A DNA stretch of 62,997 nucleotides, counting the filler, from Conidiobolus incongruus B7586 (lineage: Eukaryota): assembly GCA_000697335.1 (NCBI GenBank). It is 3 parts of 3 records of this genome, joined end to end, with 100 filler letters (N's around TTAATTAATTAA, not from the genome) between each part and the next. Parts side by side here need not be neighbours in the genome. Positions count along the whole stretch, not along the records: positions 1 to 24,165 come from JNEM01006062.1; positions 24,266 to 42,336 come from JNEM01006063.1; 1 more part is not named here. The stretch is one strand, 5' to 3'. The translations under genes were made by a program, and so were the position numbers. The notes beneath the pieces are model-generated. The model ran no database searches. It was not told the DNA's origin and saw only the letters and a program-made list of their open reading frames with translations. Shown piece by piece: positions 12,075-25,990 of this stretch; within the stretch, counting starts at the first letter, position 1, and each line of letters starts with the position of its first letter.

Positions 12075-13515
12075 AATTATTATTTATATTTATTGTTTAA
12101 TAATTAATTGTTGCCAAATTAGGGAATTTAATATTTATATTTATATTTATTATTATGGGATTCTTGTCGGTTGAATCTGATTTACTTAATTTTGAAAATG
12201 ATTAAATCAAAAATATAAATATCAGTGTAAAGAATATATATATATATATCATTCAAATAATTCAAAAAATCAATAAATTTCCTAGAGAATTGGTTATAAT
12301 TTTTATATTCTTTTTGTATTGCAAATTTAGAAAGATTTTATATGTTATAATAAATCAAACATCATATTCACTATTTGTTCTGATAAATAATAATGATTCA
12401 ATAAATTAAAATACTTGAGATTATTTATAAAAATAGTTAAAATCTATTATTTAATTTTAAAAAAGTGAATTTGTTGATATTTTATCGTCTTACAATAGTT
12501 TACCAACATAAACATTATCAAATATGATATTAATGTATCTTGCATTTATAATTATCAAACGTTATATTCAAATTTTAAAATAATTTTATTTACGTATATC
12601 ATATTGAAATTGTTTAATCTCCTAGTATTTTAAAATTACCATTTTAAATAAAAAACCATGAATCTATTGCAGTAAACAAGTAATTAATAGACTTTTATTT
12701 AATTATATATTTTTATCATTATTATAAGAAATAAAATATAATTAATTTACATACAATATAAAACTATTTTCAATACATCATAAATCGATATATAATATAG
12801 TTCATAGTTATAAAAATTGTACTGAAAATTGGGAGTTTTAACTGATTTATTTTCAAAGCTATTCGAATATTGAAAATGAAAGTTAATTGTGGTTAATATA
12901 ATATAGATAAATTAGAATTTCACTTCAAAAGAAATATTTAATTAAACCTAATTTTCTCATTCAATATTATTAAAATATTTTCAGCTTTATTTAAACATAC
13001 TAAAAGTTTAAATATATTTATGATATATATTTCTCCAATGTTATAATTATTAATAAATTTTGGAAATTATTCATCATATAATGTTAAAAATAAATGGAAA
13101 AATACCTAAAAATAATATCAATAGTGTGTTAAAAATGTGAAAAATATGACTGACATCATCGTTTTGATTTTGAATATATCAAGATTTTATATTTAGTGTA
13201 TTTGAATTAAAATTGTATTATGATTATAAAAACAGTGAAAGTAATATTTTAGTATATTTATTTTTATAATATAATATTTGATTTGAAACATTTCATGTGA
13301 TATATGATATATCAATAAAAAGATTTTGATGACATGAATGTTAAGTTGTCATTGGCTAATTGAATTATGGGAAAAAAGTCAATTGGTGTCGTAATTAAAC
13401 AAGTGTCAATATTACCAGTCCAAATATCCCACATTCAACCCATATTCAATACACTTATTTACATTTATTCAATCTTCATTGAGCATCTAACAACAATTGT
13501 TACTTTTTAATAATA

Positions 13516-16500
13516 ATGTCAGATCCAAATTTGCCTATTAGGTTTCAAGAGCATCTCCAGGTACTATTCACCCCACACTTATATTATATCTTTAAATAAC
13601 ACATATTTTATTAGTTGACTGCTCTCGGCATTAATCCAGCCGCAATTGGATTTAATACCTTAACCATGGAATCAGATAAGTACATCTGTATCCGTGAAAA
13701 TAATGGAGACCAAAATCAAGTTGTTGTAGTCGACTTGAGTGATATTAACAACTTATTGAAGAAACCCATCACTGCTGATTCTGCAATTATGCATCCCGCC
13801 CACAAAGTTTTAGCTCTTAAAGGTACTTCTATCTATCATTCAAATCTATAATTACCTAATCCATCTATCAAATCAGCTGGTACTCAACTTCAAATCTTTA
13901 ACTTGGATGCCAGAGTCAAAGTAAAGTCTCACGTGATGAATGATGAAGTTATTTTTTGGAAATGGGTCAACAACTCTATGATAGGTTTAGTTACAGAGAG
14001 ATCAGTTTATCACTGGTCTATTGAAAATGACGGCCCTCCTGTTAAAGTATTCGACAGACATTCTAATCTCACTGGAAATCAGATCATTAATTATAGAGTT
14101 AACAAACAAGGCAACTGGATGATGTTGATTGGTATTTCAGCTCAGGTTCATATTTTTAAATTCCTCGCATTAAGCTTCTTTTCTAACTATTTAATTTAGC
14201 AAAACCGCGTCGTTGGAGCTATGCAACTTTATAACAAAGACCGTAATGTCAGTCAACCTATCGAAGCTCACGCCGCTTCTTTTGCCGAAATCAAACTTGA
14301 TGGAGCTGTTTCTAACACCAAGTTATTCTCTTTCGCTGTCAGATCAGCTACGGGTGCCAAGTTACATATAGTTGAAATTGATCACGATGACAGTAATCCG
14401 GTTTTCACTAAGCGTGCTATAGATATTCACTTCCCTGCCGAAGCTACTAACGATTTCCCTGTTGCTATGCAAATTAGTGAAAAATACTCTATTATTTATC
14501 TCGTTACCAAATATGGTTTCATTCATTTATACTATCTTGAAACTGGTGAATTAATCTATTCTGGCCGTATTTCTGGTGACACTATTTTCGTCACATCAGA
14601 GCTTGAAGAGTTAAGTGGTGTTATTGGTGTGAATCGTAAAGGTCAGGTACTATCAGTTAGTCTCAATACTGACACCGTTGTACCATATATCATGAAAAAT
14701 CTCGGTAATGTAGATTTGGCTTTGAAAATCGCTTCAAGGTGTAACCTTCCTGGAGCCGATGACCTCTATGTTCAAAAATTCCAACAATTATTGTCTACCG
14801 GATCTTACTCTGAAGCTGCCAAGGTTGCTGCCACCTCACCTAACGGTATCCTCAGAACACCCAACACTATTCAAACTTTTAAGAATCTTCCAACCACTCC
14901 TGGTCAAACTGCCCCTATTCTTCAATACTTTGGTATTTTATTGGAGAGAGGTGAATTGAATTCAAATGAATCTATCGAATTGGCCAGACCAGTTTTACAA
15001 CAAGGTCGTAAGCAACTTTTGGAAAAATGGCTTAAGGAAAACAAATTAGAATGCAGCGAAGAGCTTGGTGATATTGTCAAACAATTTGATGCTACCTTAG
15101 CTTTATCCGTATACCTTAGAGCCAACGTCCCCAATAAGGTTGTTTCTTGCTTTGCTGAAACTAAGCAATATCCCAAGATCATCCTTTATGCTAAGAAAGT
15201 TGGGTATCAACCTGATTACTTCTTCCTTCTTCAACATGTTTTGAGAACTGATCCTGATAAGGCAGCCGAATTTGCTTCACTCCTCGTCAATGACGAACAA
15301 GGCCCCTTGGTTGATATTGAACGCATCATGGATTTATTCAATCAATTTAATTTGATTCAACCTGCTACTTCTTTCTTGTTAGATGCATTGAAAGAAAACA
15401 AACCCGAACAAGGTCATCTCCAAACCCGTTTACTTGAAATGACCTTACTAAATGCTCCTCAAGTTGCTGATGCTATCTTGAGTAACAAAATGTTCACTCA
15501 CTATGATCGTAACTCTGTTGCCCAACTATGTGAAAAGGCTGGTTTATATCAAAGAGCTTTAGAACATTATAGTGATGTTGCCGATATTAAACGTACTATT
15601 GTCCATACTCACTTACTCAATCCTGATTGGGTCATTGGATTCTTTGGCCAAATGTCTGTTGAACAATCTCTTGAATGTTTGCACGAAATGTTGAATGTTA
15701 ACATTCGCCAGAACCTTCAATTAGTCATTCAAATTGCTACTAAGTACTCTGATCAACTTCAACCTGCCAATTTAATTAAACTCTTTGAGAGTTTTAACAC
15801 TTATGAAGGATTATACTACTATTTGGGCTCTATTGTGAATACTAGTGAAGACCCTGACGTTCACTTCAAATATATTGAAGCTGCTTGCAAAACTGGCCAA
15901 ATGAAGGAAGTCGAGCGTATCTGTAGAGAAAGTAATCACTACGATGCCGAAAGAGTTAAAAACTTCCTCAAGGAATCTAATCTCCCAGACCTTTTACCTC
16001 TTATTGTTGTATGCGATCGATTTGACTTTGTTCATGATTTGGTTCTGTATCTTTACAAGAATGCTTTTTACAAATACATTGAAATCTACGTTCAAAAGGT
16101 TAACCCCAGCCGTACCCCAGTTGTCATTGGTGGTCTTTTGGATGTTGATTGTGATGAAAACATTATTAAGAACTTGTTGATGTCTGTCAGCAATCCTTTC
16201 CCAGTTGACGAACTTGTTGAAGAAGTTGAAAAGCGTAACCGTCTCAATCTCTTAAGACCCTGGTTAGAGGTCAAACTTAATCAAAACAGCCAAGATCCCG
16301 CCGTTTTCAATGCTTTAGCCATGATCTACATCGACAGCAACAACAATCCCGAGCAATTTTTACGTACCAACAAATTCTACAACTCTCGTGTCGTGGGTCG
16401 TTATTGTGAAAAGAGAGATCCTCACCTTGCTTATGTTGCTTATGAAATGGGTCAATGTGATGCTGAACTTATCCAACTTACTAACGATAATGGTATGTAC

Positions 16501-18846
16501 AAACATCAAGCCAGATATTTGGTACATCGCCAAGATTTAAACCTGTGGCAACAAGTTTTGGATGCTTCAAACTCCCACCGTAAACTAGTTATTGATCAAG
16601 TTGTTTCCACTGCTGTCCCTGAAGCTCAAAATTCCGAACAAGTTTCCACAACTGTCAAGGCTTTTATGGCTGCTGAACTTCCTCGTGAGTTGATCGATCT
16701 TTTAGAGAAGATCATTTTGGAACCTTCTCAATTCAGCAACAGTATGACTTTGCAGAATCTTTTGATTTTCACTGCTATTCAAGTTGATCAATCTAAGGTC
16801 ATGAACTACATTCAGCATTTGAATAATTATGACGCACCTGAAATTGCCAACAACGCCATTGAACATCAACTCTATGAAGAAGCTTTTACTGTCTACAAAA
16901 AATATGGTGTTAGCATTGATGCTATTGGTGTCTTGATTGATTATATCAAAAACATTGATCGTGCTTATGAATTCGCTGAATCTTGCAATCTTCCTCCTGT
17001 TTGGAGTAAATTAGCCAAAGCTCAATTGGAACACATTCAAGTTAAGGAAGCAGTTGATTCCTACATCAAGGCAAACGATCCTTCCGACTACAGAGATGTT
17101 ATCCAAACTGCTAACAGCGTTGAAGCTTACGAAGACTTGGTTCGCTACCTCCAAATGGCTCGTGTCCAGGCCAGAGAAACTATTATCGACAGTGAATTAT
17201 TATTTGCCTATGCTAAAACCAATCGTCTCACTGAAATGGATCAATTACTCTCAGGTCCTAATATTGCTCAGATCCAAAGCATTGGTGATCGATGCTATTC
17301 TCAAGGCCTTTATCAAGCTGCTAAGATCCTTTTCACCAGTGTTTCCAACTGGGGTGCTCTTGCTTCAACCTTAGTTCGTTTGGGTGAATACTCTGCCGCT
17401 GTTGAAAGCGCTCGCAAAGCTAATAATACTCGTGTCTGGCGTCAAGTTAATGAAGTTTGTATTGAGCAGGGCGAATTCAGATTGGCCCAAATTTGTGGTT
17501 TGAATTTGATTATTCATGCGGAAGAACTTCAAGAATTAATCAAATTATACGAAGTTAAAGGTCATGTCAACGAACTCATTGCTCTCTTAGAGGCTGGTCT
17601 TGGTCTCGAAAGAGCTCATATGGGTATGTTCACCGAATTGACTTATCTTTACACCAAATACCAACCCAATTCTGTCATGGGTCATCTCGAACATTACTGG
17701 TCCAGAATTAACATTTCTAAAGCTATTGGCTATTGTAAAGATGCTCACCTCTGGGCTGAACTTTGCTTCTTGTACACCCATTATGAAGAGTATGATAATG
17801 CTATTAATGCCTTCATTGAATATTCCGGTGTTGCTTGGGATCATATCAAATTCAAGGAAGTCATTGTCAAAGTATCCAACCTTGAACTTTACTACAAGGC
17901 CATTCAGTTCTACCTTACTGAACAACCTTCTCTTATTAATGAATTAATGCACGTGTTGATTCCTCGTATCGACCATGCTCGTGCCATTCAAATCTTTCAG
18001 CAAAATAAGCACATCCCATTAGTTAAGCCCTATTTGATTGAAGCTCAAAAAACTAATAACCGTGCCGTTAACACCACTTATAATGCTTTGTTAATTGAGG
18101 AGGAAGATTATGATGCACTCAGACAATCTATCGATAATTTCGATAATTTTGATAGTTTAGAGCTTGCCAACCGTTTAGAAAAGCACGAAATTCTTGAATT
18201 CAGAAGGATAGCTTCTCACCTCTTCAAGAAGAACAAGCGCTGGGCGCAATCTATTGCTCTCTCAAAGCAAGACAATCTCCACAAAGATGTTATTGAAACC
18301 GCTAGAGACTCTAAAGACTCTGAAATTGCTGAAGACGTCTTGAAATATTTCATCGAACTTGGTAGCTACGAATCCTTTGCTGCCACCCTCTATGTCTGTT
18401 ATGATCTCGTCAGACCCGATGTTGTTTTGGAATTGGCTTGGAGATATCGCGTCTCCGAGCATGCTATGCCCTATATTATACAAGTTGTCAAGGAATATAC
18501 CCAAAAGATCGATAATTTGGACAAGATTGAAAAGGAAAGAGCTAAGCGTGATGAAGCTCGCAAATTACAAGAGCAGAGTAATTATCCTATTATTAATTGA
18601 TTCGATTAACCATTATTAACAATATTTAATTAGGTGCTCCTATAATTCAACCTGGTGCTCTTGGCAATCCTCTCATGATCACTGGATCTGCGCAGTAAGC
18701 AATCAGTTATTTTTGCAATAATCACCAATTAACTTTATTGATTTAGTATGTCGGTTGACCCCAATCAAGTTGGAGGCTATCGCTCGCAATCTGCTCAAGG
18801 TTACGGAGCTCCCAATCACTTTTCACCCACGAATTATCAACTCTGA
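13516..18846 (+). CDS. CHC1: Clathrin heavy chain (6 exons)
   Basis: [21 protein letters not shown]...[14 protein letters not shown] and CHCR repeats throughout. Introns 13561-13614, 13823-13876, 14146-14199, 18578-18633, 18695-18746. C-terminal NPLMITG; TGA at 18844-18846. Confidence 0.97.
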
Positions 18847-19967
18847 TTTAGCTAATTGATTAATATTAGTTAATAAATTGTATTCAGATCATTTAAAAAT
18901 AAAAAATATTAATTTCCAAATATAGGTTTTACGCATTGATTTTAGTAATAGTGTAATCATTTTATTACAGAGTTTCCCGATGATTCTGTTGCGATATTTT
19001 AAAAATACATTGAATTCAAATCGATTACATGGTTTTGTATAATCTCGTTCCATTAATTTTTCAAATCATCTCAAATTAGTCTTAATATAAAAAAATATTT
19101 ATTTAATATCATAATTTGAAATTATTAACATGAATTAAGCAATTAGGAATTCGATATATTTATTTTTATCATATAGTTTTTTAATATTTGAACAAGATTT
19201 GATACTTAAAATGTAAATGCATTTATTATTTTCGTTGGTTGAATAATAACAAAACAAATTAAACATTTTAAATTAAACAATTGCTATATTTTTATATCAA
19301 AATATATATTAAAATTATGCAAAATATTTTTACAGTACTAATTAAATGCTAACTCTAGGAGTTCAATAACCAAAATAATGATATAATTTAGAATTATTAC
19401 TTATATCTAACTAATCCTCGAAATAGATTAAAAAAGTACAAACCAAAAACTCTAAAATTTGCTTTCCAAATTAAATATAGGCAGTATAAATTAATCATCA
19501 AAGAAATAATGAACATTAAATAAATATTATAATCAAAATTATATATTACCACTTTTACATTATTGTTCCAGCACACTTTAATGTAATGAGTTGATTTTGA
19601 TCCAAAAAATTGTAACAGAATCATAGAGCAACTCTGTAATTGGGTAAAATATAAATAATTTTGTGTTTTTATAATAAATTTTGTAAACAAAGATCATTGA
19701 TACAAAAATACTAGTAATCCATTTAGTAAATTATTTATTAATCCTGCTCTTTAACGTGTGAGGACTGTATGTCTTAAAGCTTGTTTAAATAGTTGGTTCA
19801 GTGAATGATATAGGATTTGGTTAAAATCTAAAAAAGTATCCTGTAATTATGGACTGACAAAGTCAGTCTAAATTAGAAATAGTATTGGCTTAACCATGGA
19901 ATCGAGATGAGCGGTTAATTTTGAAATGCAACAGTAACATGAATTATATTTTAATATTAAATTTGAT

Positions 19968-20975
19968 TTATTGATATCCATTTAAACTCAAATTGTTAAT
20001 TTGCTTTTTCAAAAATTGATTCATTGGAAGATTGATATTGAGTTCCTTGGATTTGTTTAACAAGTAACCATTCATATAGTCGATTTCTGTAGGTCTTCGA
20101 GCTCTAAGATCCTGGACCATTGAGCAAGTATTAAGTTTGATTTGGTCAATCACTTTATATAACCAAGCTTCTAGTAACTTTGGATTTTTCCAATGATCGG
20201 GAATCGCTTCATTTTTAAGTGGCTTCCATTGGTTCAATAATTGAACATATTCGACACATAAATCAGCCGTAATTGCTCTGGCCAAGTTGTCGGTTAAAAT
20301 ACTACCGTTGGGTCCATTGATGATACCACAAATGGGATTCACAGTGCAATTAATTAATAATTTATCCATCAATCTACGGAATATTTGATCTTCGGACTGA
20401 TAAGGATTTAAATCCAAGTCGGCATCCTTTAACAAGTCCCACAGTTGGCGGATAGATGGCAAGTTAGGACTATAGGCTGGTAACTTTGGATGAAACACGG
20501 AGGTAGCTGTACCTAGCCAAATCTCGCCGCGAGCTGCATGCGTGGTTGTGAATGGATCAGTTTCTCGATAGCAGCCATGTGTAGTTGTTCCAATGAAGAT
20601 CTTGGGCATTGGTGATTTTTTGGCAATGATTTCATCTACTACTTCATTAATCACACCCATTCCATTTTGCAGCATGATTAGGGTGGTATTTTGGTCGATT
20701 CTATCCCAAACACCTCTTAGAGCAGCTAATGAAGAGTTTGCCTTGGTGGTCACCACTAGGTAGTCGAATTTTTCCCCATTCTGACTGCTTTCTTCAACGG
20801 GTATAGGAGCTTCGTATACTGAATTGGTCAGTAGGGATTTTAGTGTCCAACTGTTTTTGGACTGATATTTTTTGAATGTATAGGGAGTTAAAATTAATTT
20901 GGTACCAATTTTAGCTTGATAAAGCCTATGTGCTAGGAATGTTCCAATGGAACCTGACCCAAGAATATGGAACAT
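19968..20975 (-). CDS. PAN5: 2-dehydropantoate 2-reductase (ketopantoate reductase, ApbA/PanE family)
   Basis: HILGSGSIG Rossmann motif, VTTKA, LQNGMG, KLLINCTVNP, SMVQD, TEIDYMNGY. Intronless. Confidence 0.9.
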   Translation of the reverse strand: MFHILGSGSIGTFLAHRLYQAKIGTKLILTPYTFKKYQSKNSWTLKSLLTNSVYEAPIPVEESSQNGEKFDYLVVTTKANSSLAALRGVWDRIDQNTTLIMLQNGMGVINEVVDEIIAKKSPMPKIFIGTTTHGCYRETDPFTTTHAARGEIWLGTATSVFHPKLPAYSPNLPSIRQLWDLLKDADLDLNPYQSEDQIFRRLMDKLLINCTVNPICGIINGPNGSILTDNLARAITADLCVEYVQLLNQWKPLKNEAIPDHWKNPKLLEAWLYKVIDQIKLNTCSMVQDLRARRPTEIDYMNGYLLNKSKELNINLPMNQFLKKQINNLSLNGYQ

Positions 20976-21275
20976 GATGAATAGTAAAGGTACTGACTAA
21001 ATAAAAATTCAAATAGTTTAGTAATTTATGACAATATAATCAGGACAGCTGATTTATTCATTAAATATAGTTATATAATATTGCCAAACTGTGGGATAAT
21101 TAAAATAAATCCATTCCCTGGATAAATATTGATAATATACTAATTGAATATTTGAATATTATCATACTAATAGAAAACATTCTATCAAATTAAAATAAAA
21201 TAAATATATTATAAATAATAAAAACTAATTAATCAATTTATTATAAAAAAATTGGCAAGGATACAAATTTAAAAA

Positions 21276-22942
21276 TTACTGAGGTGATAATTTTTCAATT
21301 CTAGTCATTAAATCCTTAATTCTAGCATCCAATAGCTCCATATTAGTTTTAATAGTTTGGTGATTTTCATTGAAACTGGTCTCTAACTGCTCAGTTTGTT
21401 CTTTAGTCACATCCAAAATATTTTGGAGGCGAGTTTGATCGTTGATTAAAGCTTTGATGCTATCAGCAACCCCAATGGCTTCATTGTGTACTCCATTCAA
21501 AGTTTGCAAACGGTGAAGAATGCCAGGTGCTAAAAGCATGTAGCTATCCAACTTTTCGTAAAGGTCGAAAAGTTTATTAAGCTAAAATCAAAAAATGGTT
21601 AATATATAATATATTAAAAATCAAAATATCAGTTTACTTTAGATTCAGTCTCTGAATCGGGCTGAACATTAGAGGAGTTGATACCAAAGTAGAGATCATC
21701 TTTGTTATTAGCATCAAGAGAATCTTTTAGTTCCACAAGTCTGTCTAATTCACCATTCAATGTTTTTACTTTTTTAATGGTACTTTCCATATGGTCGGGG
21801 TGTGCTAAGATCTTCATCATATTTTCCATTTGTGCAATCGATTGACCTATGCCAGCACTCTCAGTCTAATGTAATATAGTAATTAATATTACAGAATTGC
21901 AGATATTGAAAAATATAAACTCACCATTTCAGATTTGGCTATCAAATTGCTTCCTAATGTCTTTTCCAATTTAGCTAATCTTGATTCTAATTCAAGAGCA
22001 TAAGATGGTTCCTAAGAATATTTAGTGATCAATCGTATATCATATTTTCATCGAGTTACCAGTTCATTTGATATAGTTGCGCTAGAGCTCTTGACACCAA
22101 TTTTTTCAGATTCTTGTTTCAACTGATCCAAGGATTTGATTTGATCTAAAAGAGCCGCACCAGTTGTAGTTTGAGCACTGGAACCTCCTGATGGAATTTT
22201 AGAGCTAATTTTGGTTAGTTGTTGCTGAATAGAGGCAATCATAGATACAAGTGCAACATGGGATTGCTCATTAGTGTCTTCTAGGTTTGATGACTAATCA
22301 AATGTTAATGTTAATTAGATTACTAAAAATAAATGAACATTCAGCTGAATTACGTCATTGATTTCTTCTTGTAAGCTATCTACTTCGAATAGCAATCTTC
22401 TAATCTTTTGTATAGGAGTCTCCTTCAAATCGCTTTTTTGGTTCAACATTTCATATTCTGGAGTATCCAAAAAGGTATCCAACTGATATTTCTTTAATAG
22501 TTTTTTGCTATGTAAGTTCAAGGTCTCATCTATAATATTCAATTAATAAATAATTTAAATAATTGATTGTTTTGAGTACCCTTTTCATTAAGTTCACCTG
22601 TTTTTTCTCTAAATAACTTAGAAGTTTCACTAACGTTTATATCTTCTACCAGAATGTGTTCTGATGGTTTATCCTAATAGTTTATTAACATCAATTTATA
22701 ATTATTGAATTTTTATCCAGGGTTACTTCGACAATTTTTCTCAAATTAACTTGAGGTGTTGTTACATCAGGACTTTCATAAACATCTGGAGCTGTATCCT
22801 AAAAAATATTAGTTCAATATATTATTTCTACGATTGGAATAATAGTATTGAATATTCATAATTTAATTTGATGACTTGAAAATGTCATTTATTAAAATAG
22901 TTAACTTACAATATCTGGAAGTGAAGCATATTTACTAGACAT
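21276..22942 (-). CDS. DCTN2: Dynactin subunit 2 (p50/dynamitin), multi-exon
   Basis: MSSKYASLPDI/DTAPDVYESPD N-terminus, ETPIQKIRRLLFEV, LESRLAKLEK..G, ILHRLQTLNGVH, F.EN..TIK.N...LDARI. Confidence 0.88.
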
Positions 22943-23487
22943 GATATATTGATATTTATTTCTTTTTCAATTTTTATAATGAAAGATAATAAATTATTTT
23001 TGAATAAATTATTCAAATTGAATCTGGAGTTGTTTTAAAGTATTTTTGTTTAACATGATTATGGGTTGATTTAGAAACATTGAAAATGCACTCTATTTAT
23101 ATTCAATAAAAATTTAGATATTTAACAGTAACAATTTTGTGAATATTAAAGATAATAATTTTATTCAAAGTTGAGATCTCAAATTTAAATCAAGGTAGTT
23201 AAGAAACTTTTTCAATCGTTATCAATGTATACATCAGTATGTATCATATTCAAATCATATAAATGAGATCAGATTAAAATATCTTTTACATCACAAGCCT
23301 GTCACATCTTTCACTGATTGGCCAGATATTCTATTTGGATCCAGTTCCAGTTTAATTTCGTATTTGAGTATTCAAAGATAAAATATTCTGTATCTTAATG
23401 ATTATATAAAAAATTAATTTACGAATTATATATTTTATTATCATTAGCAATCAAAAGTATGAAATATTGATAAATATACTTATAATA

Positions 23488-24165
23488 ATGAAAGAAATTA
23501 AACACTTACCAAAAGCTTATGTCACTTTAATTACTAATAACAGTTATGTTAATGGTGCTATTGTGTTAGGTTACTCTTTGCGAAATTACAATACTTGCCA
23601 CCTAATCATTTGCTTAGTCACATCGGAGGTTGATCAAGCTTACCGAGCCCAATTAGCGAAGATCTTTGATCATGTTATAGAAATCCCAAAAATAGATTCC
23701 AAAGATCAGAAACGACTGAACTTATTGGGAAGACCTGATTTGGGTGTCACGCTTTCGAAATTACATGTCTGGAATATGACTTGGCTGAGCCAAATTCTGT
23801 TTATGGATGCTGATACCCTCGTGTTAAAGAATATTGATCACTTGTTCAGTCAATACGAAAATACACACTTTGCTGCTTGTCCAGATATTGGGTGGCCTGA
23901 TTGCTTTAACTCTGGAGTATTTATGTGCAAACCTTCCAGCAAAATATACTCTGATCTAATAGAATTATTCATGAGCGAAGGCAGCTTTGATGGTGGAGAC
24001 CAGGGCCTTTTGAATAGATATTTCAATACTTGGTCAAAGGATCAGAATCAGAGAATTCCATTTACCTATAACGTAACACCTAATGCTGTTTACAGTTATG
24101 CACCAGCATACCAACAGTATCAGAGCGATATTTCAGTTTTGCATTTTATTGGCCAGTCAAAGCCT
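23488..24165 (+). CDS. GLG1: Glycogenin (GT8), 3' end lost in assembly gap
   Basis: AYVTL, LGRPDLGVTLSKLHVW, FMDADT, PDIGWPDCFNSGVF, SFDGGDQGLLN, YSYAPAY (autoglucosylated Tyr region), HFIG..KP. Confidence 0.93.
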
Positions 24166-24265
24166 NNNNNNNNNNNNNNNNNNNNNNNNNNNNNNNNNNN
24201 NNNNNNNNNTTAATTAATTAANNNNNNNNNNNNNNNNNNNNNNNNNNNNNNNNNNNNNNNNNNNN
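24166..24265. other. Scaffold gap with artificial linker (N44-TTAATTAATTAA-N44)
   Basis: N runs flank a 12-mer (24210-24221) that puts a stop in all six frames. Confidence 0.97.
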
Positions 24266-25699
24266 AAAAGTTATTATATATATAATTTAAAACTATTTAT
24301 TTTCTTATTTGTTTTGTATATATTTTTTTATTTGAAACTAATAATATGTTTGAAAAATCAGAAATTAAAAAATTTCCCATTTCTTTGATTCTATGGTAAT
24401 ATGATACATATTTAAAATTAATTAATAATAATAATTTATGAAATAATTTGATAATTATTATGAATTTAATAATCTATAAACATGATTTTTTTAAAGTTTA
24501 GATGAAATTATAATGTTAAAAACACTCTATGCTTGAATAACAATTATATCTCATTATAGTCACTAGCACCTAATTTTAAAGAATTTATATAAAGTGTAAA
24601 TTGTTGATTCAACTAATTATTCTAAATAATCTTATAGAAGTTAACATTAAAGTCAAAATTTATAATTTGATCTAAACTAATTTCAGAGTTAATTTGTTTT
24701 AATGATGCTTTAAGTATTTTCATGTTTTTCGTGCTTTAGGATTAATACATCATAATCAACGATAATTATGGATACAATTGGAATAGTTTGGTTATAATAT
24801 TGAAATGAATCAACTATTGCCAAGAATTGCATTTACTTATGGTCATTTGGTTGTTTTTTTTTAATCTTAAAGCATCCAAATTGAGTAAATTGTATTGTTT
24901 TGACTCTAATTCTCACTGGTAATAAAAAAATTACTACTTCTATCATTACAAATCAAGTTATATGAAAAATTAATTAAAAATTTAATTTGATTAATATTTT
25001 GGTGAATATAATATCATAATTTTTGTTTTTTAGAATGCAATATTTTCAGGATGAATATATTGTTTATTCATTGATTTACCAGTTTAAATATCAGTCACAG
25101 TAATTTTTTGAAGTTCATATTTGTTTATTATGAATTATAATCACAATGTTATTCAATGGGAATGAAGATTGATTATAGGAAATCGTTTCATTTTTTATTT
25201 AATCCTTATAAATATTATGAATAAATTAAATAATTGTCCTATATGAACAACTTGCAAGCATTTAAATGTGAATTTTTAATGAATGATTATGTTTTAATAT
25301 AATTACGTTACAGAGAATTAACAAGGTATAAAAAAGTATGAAAGGTAGAGAACATCAAATATAACATATACCTACGATTTATATGTTAATAATTGAAAGT
25401 ATGATCATGTCAATATGATTGGGATCCATATTGGGTAACAAATATTATGCAAATTGGTTTAAGAAAATATATGAACTAGTTTTTTTAAAAATAAAACGAA
25501 AAAAGTTAAGTTAAGAATACATATTTAGTATAAATTTTTAATTATGAAAAATGAACTTCTTAAAAAAGTTAAATGTTTTTTATTAATAAATTTTTTGATT
25601 TAATATTCAGAATTGGGGTGAAAAACTATAAAAAATAAATTAACTCAAGTTTCCATCATTTGTTTTTTAATAGTTCAAAATTTTTCTGTTTGTTGAATT

Positions 25700-25990
25700 T
25701 GATTGAAATGGCAATATTCTCAAGTATTTCAGTCTCATTGGGATATGTGTAAATACTTTATTGATTGACTCTTCTTATCTGTTGATTCTTCCCAATTTAT
25801 TTCCACCTAAACTTTTTATCGACTTCACGTGGCAGCGCCCCTTTAATTTATTGAAATCACCAAGCCAAACAGATGGTAAGCCATGTGGGATTGGACCAAT
25901 GTCAATATATCGTTTCTTTTGAAATTTCTCAAGAATAGTAATATATATACCAGTCGAAAATTTTATCTTATATCTGAAAATTTTCAACAA
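25700..25990 (-). mobile_element. Possible decayed APE/EEP-endonuclease fragment of a non-LTR retrotransposon
   Basis: Short ORF with GIY and VWLGDFN (GDFN at 25850-25861), then YTYP...ENIAI in another frame. No reverse transcriptase seen. Confidence 0.3.

Noticed and set aside
14759..18619. Short alternative-frame and antisense ORFs inside CHC1 (likewise in the MIR gene, CSL, kinase, CSN6 and eIF5B)
   Set aside because: Shadows of biased codon usage and low-complexity sequence; no motifs or independent signals.
19397..19690. 97-aa minus-strand track ORF (similarly 27021-27260, 45529-45738, 53298-53483, 54437-54649)
   Set aside because: F/I/L/Y/N/K-rich products typical of chance ORFs in AT-rich intergenic DNA.
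24210..24221. Palindromic TTAATTAATTAA inside N runs (also 42381-42392)
   Set aside because: Identical, centred in fixed-length gaps and encoding six-frame stops, so an assembly linker rather than biology.
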